Shown here in pieces: positions 41,158 through 53,415 of a stretch of DNA of 64,000 bases. The notes below the pieces were generated by a model that made no database searches, was not told where the DNA came from, and worked only from the letters and a program-made list of their open reading frames with translations. Position numbers and translations under genes: made by a program. The number at the start of each line of letters is the position of its first letter. The stretch's first letter is position 1. Source of the stretch: Eledone cirrhosa (Eukaryota); contig OZ024745.1 of NCBI GenBank assembly GCA_964016885.1, forward strand, positions 94,364,001 to 94,428,000, in the 5' to 3' direction.

Positions 41158-41831
41158 TATATATCATAAAACATGTCTATAGAATCACTAGATAAAATAT
41201 ATACCGTTTCCTCTCCCAATTAGCACAATTATCCATATAAAAAATCAATTAGACCAAGCTATAGGAATAAAGGTTCCTATGAAGAAATCTCCGACAAATA
41301 ACCGAAAGCAGCCCCTTCGCGGCGGTTACGACGGAGTATTTATCGAACATTTCGACAGCATGTATAAATCGACCAAATATACAGTCAACCAAACACAATT
41401 AGGTGTAAAAAACTTAGAAGAAATGTGTACACATTTAATTACCTCGACCATGGTTTCGTCCGTATTTTAAGACATCCGATAACAGTGGACATCTAGAGCT
41501 TCGGATTCATCAGGAGTTAGCTCAAATTTAGACAATTAATTTTCCAAAGTGATCGCGCCAAGAATACATTGTACACATTTCTTCCAGTTTATTTTACACC
41601 TAATTCTGTTTAGTTGACTGTATATCTGGTCGATTTATACATGCTGTCAAAATGTTCGATAAATACTCCGTCGTAACCGCCGCGAAGGGGCTGCTTTCGG
41701 TTATTTGTCGGAGATTTCTTCATAGGAGCCTTTATTCCTATAGTCTAATTGATTTTTTTATATGGTTAATTGTGCTAATTGGGAGAGGAAACGGTATATA
41801 TTTTATCTAGTGATTCTATAGACATGTTTTA

Positions 41832-41840
<9 letters not shown>
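41158..41840. repeat. Fold-back element with ~270-bp inverted arms
   Basis: 41158-41431 is the reverse complement of 41570-41840. Confidence 0.92.
41439..41519 (-). ncRNA. Minimal type I hammerhead in the fold-back spacer
   Basis: taactc CTGATGA atccg..cggac GAAA c catg g TC gaggta: palindromic loop III and GUC site. The stem II closing pair is mismatched. Confidence 0.7.
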
Positions 41841-41872
<32 letters not shown>

Positions 41873-42214
41873 TATGTATACGTACATACATATATGTATA
41901 CAAACGTACAGTAGTATGTATATATATACATACATGCACACATATATATATGTACGAATGGATTTACCGAACATTTATTATAATGCTCGGTTTGTTTATA
42001 AACAAACATCCCGAATTAAGCCGTACAGTGTTTAGCAACCATCGTTACTCTTTTGTTCAACACTGACAAAGGAACGATGTACTAGTTTCAAGCTTATTAG
42101 CTATATATACGCAAATTATTAACTCACTCGATATGCAAATTAGGCTGCTCAGCCGTTAATATGCATAAGGAAAGTATATACTTTCAGACGTTCAATCATC
42201 TGGCAGGAAGGTAT

Positions 42215-42257
42215 ACGGTGCTGACGATAGCTAATAAGCTTGAAACTAGTACATCGT
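42215..42257 (+). ncRNA. Minimal type I hammerhead ribozyme
   Basis: acggtg CTGACGA t agct aata agct t GAAA ctag TA catcgt: 6-bp stem I and GUA site. Confidence 0.8.
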
Positions 42258-42289
42258 TCCTTTGTCAGTGTTGAACAAAAGGTCAACGA

Positions 42290-42912
42290 TGCGTGATTTA
42301 CTTCTGACCACGCAGCCTTCGTATTGCGCATTGAAGAATTGGTCAGGTGCCGTTCTTGTTGCTAGCACTCTAGCTGCGTTGCCACACCTAAGCGCCTCCT
42401 CTACCTTGGCTATTAGTTCTGTTTCTGTTTTGTTTTTCTCGAAGGCTATTTCTTTGCTAAAAGCTAACGACTCTACTCTAATTGCTCTCTTGAGAGAGTA
42501 CCACCATCTATTGTTGACGACGGTCCCATCAACTGTTGCTTAACTAATCTACTTATCCGTTCACTGTAGGCTTTACGTGTCGGTAGCGATACGTTCAGCT
42601 TCCAGTATCCGGGTCCTTGTCTATGTATTCTATCACGGTTGACTATGCAGATGACTAGTTTGTGGTCTGAATAGGAAACCATGTGCATTTGTGGACAGCT
42701 TAACATCTTCTTGTCTCTCTCTCTAATAAAGAACCTGTCTAAATACGATCTAGATGTCCCGCTACGGTTTATCCACGTCCACTGTGGTGCAGTCGGAAAA
42801 TGTTGTCGATACCTATCGGCCAGTTGTATTTGGCCGATTAAAATTTTGAGGCTGTTGCACCCCCTCTACTGAGACATGATCCTACAGAGTCCCATCGTGC
42901 GTCTAGGATATC
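42290..42912 (-). mobile_element. Diverged Tx1 ORF2 fragment
   Basis: SCPQMHMVSYSDHKLV and GPGYWKLNVSL are homologous to copy B at 10.3-10.9 kb. Confidence 0.85.
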
Positions 42913-42948
42913 ATCCATAGATAGATAAATAGATAGATAGACGTGTAC

Positions 42949-42982
<34 letters not shown>

Positions 42983-43719
42983 TTTCTTACTCTCCCTGTC
43001 CCTCCCTCTTTCACTCTTCATTTATATTTGGCGTGGTTGAAAATAGCACTGGCAATAAAAACTGGAGGCAAAATTCTTTCTGTACCAAAACCAAGGCACA
43101 CAAGTTTGTTTGTGTGTAAGTGTGTGTGTGTGCGTGCGTGAGTGCGTGCGCGTTTATGTGTGTGTGTATCTATCTATGTATATATATAAGGGATACAGAT
43201 ATTGCTTTCTCACTGTCACCAAGCTATCTAATCTAGGAATAATATCGCCATGATTGATGAAAAAAAATATATACAAGAAAAAATTAAAACAATAAAACAA
43301 AAACAAAAAATTAAAAAATCGACACAAAATAATAACATAAAAACAAAAAAAAACAAAAATACACAACAAAACAACAAACAAACAAACGAATAAAAAACAG
43401 AAGGCAAAACAATTTCAGTCAATGATTAATATTTTTTTTTACAAGTTTGTCTTTATTACGTAGCGGGAAGCATAATTTTCACCTGCATATTGAATTCGAT
43501 GGAAAGCATTTGGATACAGAATAGAATTAGTTGGAATTTATAATGCCAATTTATAGTATTTCTCACGTAGTTGTTAAGTAGGGTATTCGGGAATATAATT
43601 TGCTTTTCAAATTGTATCAGATTTGCATAGATAATTGTTCTGAAATAACCAATTGTGCGTGTAGCTCACTTGACATAATGAAGTGTTCCGATTGGCTTTA
43701 ACACTGACGTCAACTTAGC

Positions 43720-43790
<71 letters not shown>

Positions 43791-43875
43791 GGAGGTGAGT
43801 TTTATTGTAGTACAATAAAGCAATGCAGATATCGGATAAGAAGCACTCTACAGTTTGTAGGACTGGAGTATACAC

Positions 43876-44191
43876 AATATAAGATCAAAAGATGGTTAAA
43901 GGAGTTCCATGTATTTTATTATGCGCATTTCAAAAACAAACATCATCATGCAATAATATTTGTGTTTTCATCAGATAAAACAGGAGAACATGATATGAAA
44001 GCTAAAAAACACTTGTGGATAGTGCAGTCATATGTTGATTTAAAACTGCACTATCCACAAGTGTTTTTTAGCCTTCATACCATGTTCTCCTGTTTTATCT
44101 GATGAAAACACGAATATTATTGCATGATAATGTTTGTTTTTGAAATGCGCATAATAAAATACATGGAACTCCTTTAACCATCTTTTGATCT

Positions 44192-44197
<6 letters not shown>
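43876..44197. repeat. Fold-back with 153-bp arms and a 16-nt spacer, each arm carrying a hammerhead (43912-43982 minus, 44091-44161 plus)
   Basis: tgttttat CTGATGA aaacacgaatattatt gcat gataatgtttgttttt GAAA t gcgc a TA ataaaata. Confidence 0.88.
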
Positions 44198-44234
<37 letters not shown>

Positions 44235-44248
44235 TATATATATACGTG

Positions 44249-44336
<88 letters not shown>

Positions 44337-44340
44337 CGTG

Positions 44341-44431
<91 letters not shown>

Positions 44432-44886
44432 GTATATATCATATACATATATATATGTATATGATGGACTCTCCCGTCGATATCGTACGTATGAGTGTCG
44501 AACAAAAGTTGATGTGAGAAAGTGAACTGATGTTGAATTACCCACACCGTTTTGTTTTCAGTGGTGAAGGCTTGTGTAGGACCAACCACACCATTTGGAA
44601 ATGACATATCTTCAGTGCAAATGTTTGCCACGGAAAATACAACGACTGCCCTCAGCTTTTTATGCCTTGGAGTTTAAAAACCCCTAAAAAAATACTATTT
44701 GGATGGCCGTTGAGTCTGCTGAGTTCCTTCGCCCATTGCAGGGTCAGGTCGCTCTCGAGTGCTACTGCTAACATGTATCCCAGTACAACCTATCTCATGG
44801 TCAGGTCGTCGGCGACTAAACCAGCAACCCCATCAAGCTTGCTTGGTGAGGAGGTTGATATTTGGACACCCTGCAGGATGAAATGC

Positions 44887-44960
<74 letters not shown>

Positions 44961-44979
44961 ACGTATATATACACACACA

Positions 44980-45043
<64 letters not shown>

Positions 45044-45190
45044 CATCGATACATATACACATATATATAAATATATACATATATACATTTATTAGGTCTA
45101 AGTGTTTTATCGCTCCTCCATGCATTCTGCACCACCGTGTAAGGCCTGCAGTGGAGAACATACCTATATATATATATATATATACCTGTA

Positions 45191-45729
45191 TAAATATTTC
45201 AAACAAATGTGGTCTTTCAACCCTCGTAATATTAGACACACAGTTTACTGTGTTTCTTACTACATATATATTATTATTATAATGCTCAGTATTTATACTT
45301 GGAGCTTAATGATTACAGGGTTTCAGTAAGAGTTATTAACTCTAAATTTCATTTATATTTCGGCTCCCTCATGAGGTGAGCTTATTAAGTTGCGTGTGTT
45401 GGACTGTTGTTTCTAACCAATGCACTCATACCACTTTTGACTTGCGGCGCACGAGGTGATAAATCCATCTTTCTGTGTGAACGTTGGTACTAGGTGTTTG
45501 TCGCATTTAATCAGATTCTCTCGCTGATGATGCCCAGGATTATCTGTTACAAACACACTCAGGGCGAAACAGATTATCCCTAATCTGTCCGAGAGATATA
45601 ATTGTTATTGAGGAGGTTTGTATAATATAATTTTATTTTATCATTCTGTCTGCTTCATGGTTAAATATTTCAAACAAATGTGGTCTTTCATCCCTCGTAA
45701 TATTAGACACACGGTTTACTGTGTTTCTT

Positions 45730-45740
<11 letters not shown>
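45191..45740 (+). mobile_element. Non-coding hammerhead-bearing element bounded by ~75-bp direct repeats (period 471 bp): retrozyme or PLE pseudo-LTR
   Basis: taaatatttcaaacaaatgtggtctttca.ccctcgtaatattagacacac.gtttactgtgtttcttactacatat occurs at 45191 and 45662. The element is flanked by (TA)n. Confidence 0.75.
45517..45596 (+). ncRNA. Canonical type I hammerhead ribozyme, fully paired
   Basis: tctctcg CTGATGA t gccc..gggc GAAA cagatta tccc taatctg TC cgagaga: 7-bp stem I, 4-bp stem II, 7-bp stem III and GUC at 45587-45589. Confidence 0.92.
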
Positions 45741-45786
<46 letters not shown>

Positions 45787-45981
45787 GTGTGCCATTGTCG
45801 GGCGGAGGAGGAGTACTCAGCACCGAAGTAAAGTTTAAATATTCATTTATTATGACTAAGTGTTGAGCCTGGGTATTCTGAAGTTTCAGCTGCATACTCA
45901 CAGGCTCACCCGAGTCGGTGAAACTCCAGAGTAATGTGGCTCACCACTTAACCATAACAAATGTATACATACATACATACA

Positions 45982-46093
<112 letters not shown>

Positions 46094-46458
46094 TATAGCG
46101 TTCCTTTGTCAGTGTTGAACAAACGAGCAACGATGGTTGCTGGACACTACGGCTTAATACGGGATGTATATATATAAATATATATATTTATATATATATA
46201 TATATATTGTGTATGTGTGAGTGTGTGTGTATTTCTGTATGTATGTATAGGATTCTCAATTTTTAAAAATATACAGTATATAGACATTTACACACACATA
46301 TACCACATACATATATACATATATATAAACATGTGTATATTTGTGTTTGTGTGTCGCACTCATATTTGTCTATGGAGTGTTTGTAAGTATGTACATTAAT
46401 ACATACGCATGCTGTGTAATAGTTTCCTATAGACTCTCTCCACACACACACACACATA

Positions 46459-46562
<104 letters not shown>

Positions 46563-47294
46563 TACACGCTTACACATATACATTTATATATAGATTGACA
46601 CGATTCAGTATTGATTTCCGTGTGTATTTGTATGTGTGTCTGTAACCACACAATTATTATTTGTCTTCTAAATACCACATACATTAACAGGTAGTAAATC
46701 ATCTGATTTTAGAAACATTTCTCAAACTGAAGAATTTGCTTACCAAGTCCTTGCAAAAGATGTAAATAGCTAATGAAAGAAAGAACCAATGCAAAAAAAA
46801 AAAAAAAAAGACTACGGATGGCACTAGAAGACATTTACGACAATGATACCATATTTCCATAGTTACAAGAGATAACAATGATATTAATGACAATAATAGG
46901 TTAGCTGACTGGACAATGCATGCATATATGTGTGGGAGGTGTACATTCTGGTGTATTGAAGTTACCAGTTGCTGATCTTAACACAGCCAAGTATACTTTA
47001 GAGAGGAAGTGAGAGAACACATCCAGACGGACAACTGACACTGCAAACCAGGTCCGAACACAGAAGAGCCGAATCCCGCTGTCATCGCCTCCATCTAGAC
47101 AATTGAAAATGAGATATCATTAGAATGGACACGGTGATGCACTGGTAACAGATGAACGCAGTACATCGTTATATATAAATAGGTCAAGGAATGACCTGAA
47201 TGGTTCTACACAAAAACAGGCCCAATTTTTGAAATTGTACGGTGATTTGGGGAACCGAAACAGAAAAATATTACTGGTAATTATTAGATATTTA

Positions 47295-47480
47295 AGGGCG
47301 GTGGATTTGCAGTATCGGTAGAGGGTCAGACGCCATGCTTTCCAGCATAGTTACGTCCCTTTACGATCTAAGTTCAAATCCCGCCGAGGTTGACTTTGCC
47401 TTTCATCCTTACGGGGTCGATAAAATAAAGTACCAGTAATGCACTGGGTAATTGCTGGCCTTGTGCCTAAAGTAGAAACA
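47295..47480 (+). mobile_element. SINE copy
   Basis: Consensus match. Confidence 0.9.
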
Positions 47481-47514
47481 ATTATTAGATATTTTCAAAG
47501 AAGGGAAGCATGTA

Positions 47515-47559
<45 letters not shown>

Positions 47560-47871
47560 AATTAATATCTAGTAACATATTTACTAGATATTAATTCTTT
47601 ATAATTATCTCCAAATTATTTGTCGAGCAATATTGGCCAAGACTGCTGCTATGGTAGCAGGCAGGCCGCTGTCTTCTTAACGAACCACTTTCCACTGATT
47701 GACCTCGATGTCACGTGATAGATTCTTTTTGAATTTACCACCGACGCAGAAGGCAGTGATTTTCTCAATGGCTAGGAATTCAGTCCACGCTTTGCTATTT
47801 TCTATCCACTGAATTATTTTTGCATAAGTTTCCAGAGTCCACGCTTTGCCTGGATACTTAGCTGAGAATAG

Positions 47872-47953
47872 ACTTCCCTGACGACGAAATGCTTCTCCAT
47901 ATTTTCTTCGGAAAGTATATTTATTCCATTTCAGAAACTAATTAGTTGGGAGT
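47872..47953 (+). ncRNA. Type I hammerhead ribozyme (slightly degenerate)
   Basis: acttcc CTGACGA c gaaatg..catttc a GAAA ctaattag TT gggagt, with a palindromic stem III. Confidence 0.7.
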
Positions 47954-48080
47954 GAAATTTTAGTAAGTAAGTTAATTTTATAATTTTCTTATTTTACGTC
48001 TCTCATATATATAAATATATATATATATATTTATATATATGTATATATACATAATTCTCTCTCCCCTCTCTCTGTCCCCC

Positions 48081-48133
<53 letters not shown>

Positions 48134-48541
48134 GGTTAATAAATGACAACAAACAAAACACAGGAGGCATAAAAGCAGTTATATTAGGTTAAATTCTTAT
48201 ATATTTTGATTTTAATATCAACTTCTAAATAGACAGAAACCCTAAGTTCTCTCTCACATACACAACGGAACTGCTGTTGAATTCTATATGAATTTCTCAT
48301 TAAACAGAGAAAGTTTCTTCCCTTAATTCTATAGAAGTAACAACACAGTCCGAATATAATTCATAAGTCTGACAACATCAACCCAATACCAGAGATAAAA
48401 CAAATATATAAATATCCAAGAATAAGAAACTCCATCACGATCAAATGAAGCAGCAGTAGCTGATATTTCGAAGTCACTGTCACCTACTTTTTCTTCGGAA
48501 AATAATTCATACAATCTGCTCTCTCACAAACACATATATGT

Positions 48542-48680
48542 GAAGAAGAAGAAGAAGAAGAAGAAGAAGAAGAAGAAGAAGAAGAAGAAGAAGAAGAAGA
48601 AGAAGAAGAAGAAAAGGCCCTTCGGAGGAACCCCATTTCGACCGCTTGTATTCCCGATCGTATTCTTTCGGTCATTACCC
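48542..48680 (-). mobile_element. (GAA)n tract plus RTE RT fragment
   Basis: MTERIRSGIQAVEMGFLRR matches the RTE post-RT motif. Confidence 0.6.
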
Positions 48681-48892
48681 AAGATACATGACCTATTTAA
48701 ATCAATCTTATAATGATAAATTTTGAAATACACTTGACACATGATAAGAAATGTCGGCACATTTTAAAGCTAGAATCTCACGTTGAGCCGTATCGCCAAA
48801 TTCCTTAAGGCAGTGTCAACATATCGGTCTACAATCCATCCACTAGGTGAAAACAATGTAAGCATAAAGTAACGTCATTATCAATACATACA

Positions 48893-49507
48893 AGGGCCGT
48901 GGATTGGTAGTATCGGTAGGGGGTCAGACGCCATGCTTTGACGCATAGAGTTACGGCCCTTTCCATTCTGAGTTTAAATCCTGCCGAGGTTAACTTTGCC
49001 TTTCATCCTTACGGGGTCGATAAAATAATGTACCAGTAATGCACTGGATAATTGCTGGCCTTGTGCCGAAAGTATAAATAATTATCAATATATACATTGG
49101 AAAACTAATATTCTTCGCAAAAGACTATGAAACAATAAGAAACAATAGAAAAATGAAATTCGGAAAAAAGTTGTATTTTCAATAAAAGTTGTTACTAATT
49201 TACACCCATACCTTCACACACACGTATCCGATATCTAATATTAGATATCACAAACTGATATCGAATATTTGATATCTGGACAGATATTAGTTTCTGATTT
49301 AGGCACAAGGCTAACAATTTTTGGGGAAGGGAAAGTCGATTAAATCGAGGGCAGTGCATTACTGGTACTTTTATTTAATCGACCCCCGTAAGGATGAAAG
49401 GCAAAGCTAACCTCAGCAGGATTTGAACTCAGATCGTAAAGGGGTGTAACTCTATGCCATAAAACTTGTTGTCCGACGCTCTATCGATACTACCAATCCA
49501 CCGCCCT
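48893..49507. mobile_element. Two SINE copies in opposite orientation (48893-49078 plus, 49290-49507 minus)
   Basis: Consensus matches. Confidence 0.88.
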
Positions 49508-49602
49508 TATATCTGGTACAGATATTAAAAATGTGATATATATATATATATAAACACATAACTAAACATATGAATTGGTCTGTTGCTATCTATTCATAAT
49601 AA

Positions 49603-49694
49603 TTTAGCTAGACGGATTCGAACCAACGACCTAATTATAACAACTACCTATAATACACTACAGTCCTACGCTCTACCAACTGAGCCATTGGATC
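49603..49694 (-). tRNA. Intron-containing tRNA-Tyr(GTA) pseudogene
   Basis: gctcagttggtagagcgtaggactGTAg[~19-nt intron]ataattaggtcgttggttcgaatccg. The D arm and T loop are intact, but the acceptor and anticodon stems are poorly paired. Confidence 0.72.
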
Positions 49695-50339
49695 ACTTGC
49701 TTCTTACCTCCGTATTTAACATTGATTATATAAATTAAGAAAGTGTGAATGAAATTGGATTTCATTAGTTCAGTTCAACGTTGATTAAGAATATATTTGT
49801 TAATTGATATTGCAGGTATCATGCCTAACAGGTATATTTTTTTACACAGAGTTTATAGAAATTCATTATTCAATATGGTTTTCTCTTTTAAGGATAAAGG
49901 TAGTAATAATACAATGCGTCAACCGGAAACCAGAATCTGGTTATGTATTCAGTTTGCATAATGTCTATCATTTATTTTACTAGACTTAACACAACAGATA
50001 TATCTTGAAATTAAGTACCATAGTATCTAAATTTAAGTATATGAGTATGAAAGTAGATTCAATTAATTTTAAAAGTACACACAGGGTTTAAAGTCTGCCA
50101 GAAAATAAGTGGGAACGAGTATATCGCATATTGTACCATGTTATGAGACAGGAATTAAGACTAATGTAATTAACGTGGGGTGGCACCTTACTCCGAATCA
50201 CCAGCTAGAGTCTGTAGAGAGCCAATCAGAGAGGCAGAGGGATTTGTCTACCTAGGTAGTGTGGTTGGTCGACTTGGGGGAACCGAGTGAGACGTCGCAA
50301 CCAAGATTGACAAAGCAGGGGTAGCTTTCATCATAATAA

Positions 50340-50636
50340 ACGTCTGGACATCAAAAGAGATCTACCCAAGAACTAAACTTTGCATCTGCAACTTCATCAT
50401 GAAGGCGGCATTGATTTACGGATGTGAAACTTGGATGGGACAACAAAGAAGATGCAGCAGAAGATCGAGACATTCTTCAACACCTGTTTGAGGAGCATCT
50501 GACCGCAAAAGATTAGAAACTTGGTTCTATGGGAACGAGCGAGACAGGAACCAGTGGCAAAGCAGTTTCTGTGGAGGCAGTGGAGCTGGAGTGGGCATAA
50601 CTTCAGGAAGCCAGCATCCAACTACACACACCAAAC
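50340..50636 (+). mobile_element. RTE-clade LINE RT C-terminal fragment
   Basis: YGCETW, KIETFFNTCLRSI, LWERARQEPV..RQWSWSGHNFRKP. Confidence 0.75.
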
Positions 50637-50637
50637 C

Positions 50638-51087
50638 CTTCTTCTTCTTCTTCTTCTTCTTCTTCTTCTGCTTCTTCTTCTCCCCCTCCCCCTCATCCCC
50701 CCTCTTCTTTTTCTTCTCCCCCTCCTCCTCCGTCTTCTTCTTCTTCTTCTTCTTCTCCCCCCCTCCTCCTCATTCTTCTTCTTCTTCTTCTTCTTCTTCT
50801 TCTTCTTCTTTCCCCCCTCCTCCTCCCCCTCTCCCCCTCTTCCCCTCCCCCTCTTCTTCTTCTTCTTCTTCTTCTTCTTCTTCTCCTCCCTCCTCCTCCC
50901 CCCTCTTCCCCTCCCCCTCTTCTTCTTCTTCTTCTTCTTCTTCTTCTTCTTCTTCTTCTTCTTCTTCTTCTTCTTCTTCTTCTTCTTCTTCTTCTTCTTC
51001 ACCCACTTATTCCTGAGAGGGTAGTGGAGGCAGAGTCATCAAACCACCCATACAGCCGTTCCTGTCAGAAGTAACCGTCTCCAACTC
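50638..51087 (-). repeat. Expanded (TTC)n/CT tract forming the tail of a short RTE 3' end (51001-51087)
   Basis: Simple repeat. The adjacent sequence matches 13636-13710. Confidence 0.8.
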
Positions 51088-51659
51088 TATCGGTTCTATC
51101 TTTCATTAGCTATTTACATATTTTGCAATTTTCTTGCAAGGATTTGGTAAGCAAATTCTTCAGTTTGAGAAATGTTTCGAAAGGAGGTGACAGTGACTTC
51201 GAAATATCAGCTACTGCTGCTTCATTTTATCGTGATTATGTTTCTTATTCTTCGATATTTATATATCGTTTTATATTTGTTTTACTTCTGGTATTGGTTG
51301 ATGTCAGACACACAAAGATTGCGTATTCGGAGACCCCAAGAGAGTCCGGACGGAAAGAGAGGAGCAGATGTTAACAAAAGATAAAATAAATATGCCGAAC
51401 TAATGAGAAGTCTGCAGATATTACGTCCATAATATAAATTTAGATTTATATGTGTAATATATTTACACATTTAATTAATGATACCTCGGCACCTATCTTG
51501 AGAAGCTGAGACAGGGCTAATTAAGAAATTTCTATTACAACCTACTAATGGAACTGTAAAAACGTGTAAAACATTGCAGATGTTTTGTCTGTAATTGGTG
51601 CATATACACACGTATAGACTCACAAATACACACAGAGACGCATACACGCTCCACAAAAA

Positions 51660-51856
51660 TGAGGGTGAGCTGAAACGTTCATAGGCTGACTACGAAGGAT
51701 TGATGTAGAGCTGTGAAATCTTGCATGCATTAATTTCAACTCTTCTTATTAATAACAGCATTGTTTCTACCCAAGGACTTTGTTGGAAAATAAACCTCAT
51801 TTGTTTTTTCTATGAGTGTATCTTGGTCAGCCTATGAACTTTGCAGCCGACCCTTA
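51660..51856. mobile_element. Mariner-type MITE
   Basis: TIRs gagggtgagctgaaacgttcataggctgac / gtcagcctatgaactttgcagccgaccctt. Confidence 0.8.
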
Positions 51857-51863
51857 TATATAA

Positions 51864-51935
<72 letters not shown>

Positions 51936-52039
51936 TTATATATAATTCAACATAGGGAGCGCACAGGACAAAGACAAGGGAAAAAACAACGGAAAGACGG
52001 ACAGTCCAATCTCCTCAGTTAACCTCTGGAAACCTTTAC

Positions 52040-52116
<77 letters not shown>

Positions 52117-52190
52117 CCCCACTCTTAAGCGTGAACCTAATACTTTGTACTGCCTCTTCGCTTCGTGTTTGTTTTTTGTTTTCTGTTTTA

Positions 52191-52238
<48 letters not shown>

Positions 52239-53040
52239 GTATATATATATATATATACACGCACACATATACACTCACAGACACACACACACACACACAC
52301 ATATATACACATATGTGTCATCTATGTCTAATACTTGTATTTGATACACATCCAAATACATTTTTGTACATAAGATGAAATTTGATATTAATTTCTAACA
52401 TAGTCCTAAGACCAAACATATTCTTTGATGTGGAGGTGTCCGATATATCGACTGCACTACTTAAATCATTACACTTTTGATTTCATGTTCACCTTGTAGC
52501 AGTAAATATAACGTATTTGATAAGTATTGTTGGTTCTTACTCTACCGCAAGAAGTATTTTTGGAGAATTTTTCCCGTGAAGTTCATAACCATATCGATTA
52601 CCTAGACGAGAAAAGAAATAGTATAGTAAGTTATGTTGTAAATAAAGCAGCTGCAGATGTGATAGAAAGTGCTTTAGGGGTGGAAGTGTATTAACATACA
52701 TACGATATTTCATTGTTCAATGTCTAACTACAAGTCTGGAATTGTCTTCGACTTTACCGCTACTTATTCATTCTTGGCAATTGATGAAATAAGTACCAGT
52801 AACAAACTGCTTTCGGCTAAATCAACTTTACAGGGCAGCAATGTTTCCATTACAACTGTACCGAAGTAGAATCGATATTAGCTATATTATTTCATCACTA
52901 GTTCGCCCCATGCCGTCAAAAATGACGGCTAATTGTAATATGTATACATGATATAAAAAAAGAGATGTTTGTTTGTTTGTTGGCTGGTTGTTGGTTGGTT
53001 CCTTCGTGCTCACTCACACAGGTGATACAAACATACAAAC

Positions 53041-53415
53041 CTTCCTAAGTCGACGTTATCACCCCTTCCTTCCTAAGTCGACGTTATCATCCCTTCCTTT
53101 CTCAGTCGACGTTATCACCCCTTCCTTCCTAAGTCGACGTTATCACCCCTTCCTTCCTAAGTCGACGTTATCACTCCTTCCTTCCTAAGTCGACGTTATC
53201 ATCCCTTCCTTTCTCAGTCGACGTTATCACCCCTTCCTTCCTAAGTCGACGTTATCACCCCTTCCTTCCTAAGTCGACGTTATCACTCCTTCCTTCCTAA
53301 GTCGACGTTATCATCCCTTCCTTTCTCAGTCGACGTCATCACCCCTTCCTTCCTAAGTCGACGTTATCTTCCGTTCCTTTCTCAGTCTACGTCATCACCC
53401 CTTCCTTTGTCAGTC
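53041..53415. repeat. 29-bp minisatellite (ttcctaagtcgacgttatcaccccttcc), about 13 units
   Basis: Tandem units with GTCGAC. The ttctcagtcgac variant recurs every fourth unit (~116 bp). Confidence 0.92.

Noticed and set aside
44690-44885. Minus-strand LVADDLT..LESDL..QWA, RT-like
   Set aside because: Possibly an old LINE fragment, but too short and degenerate to call.
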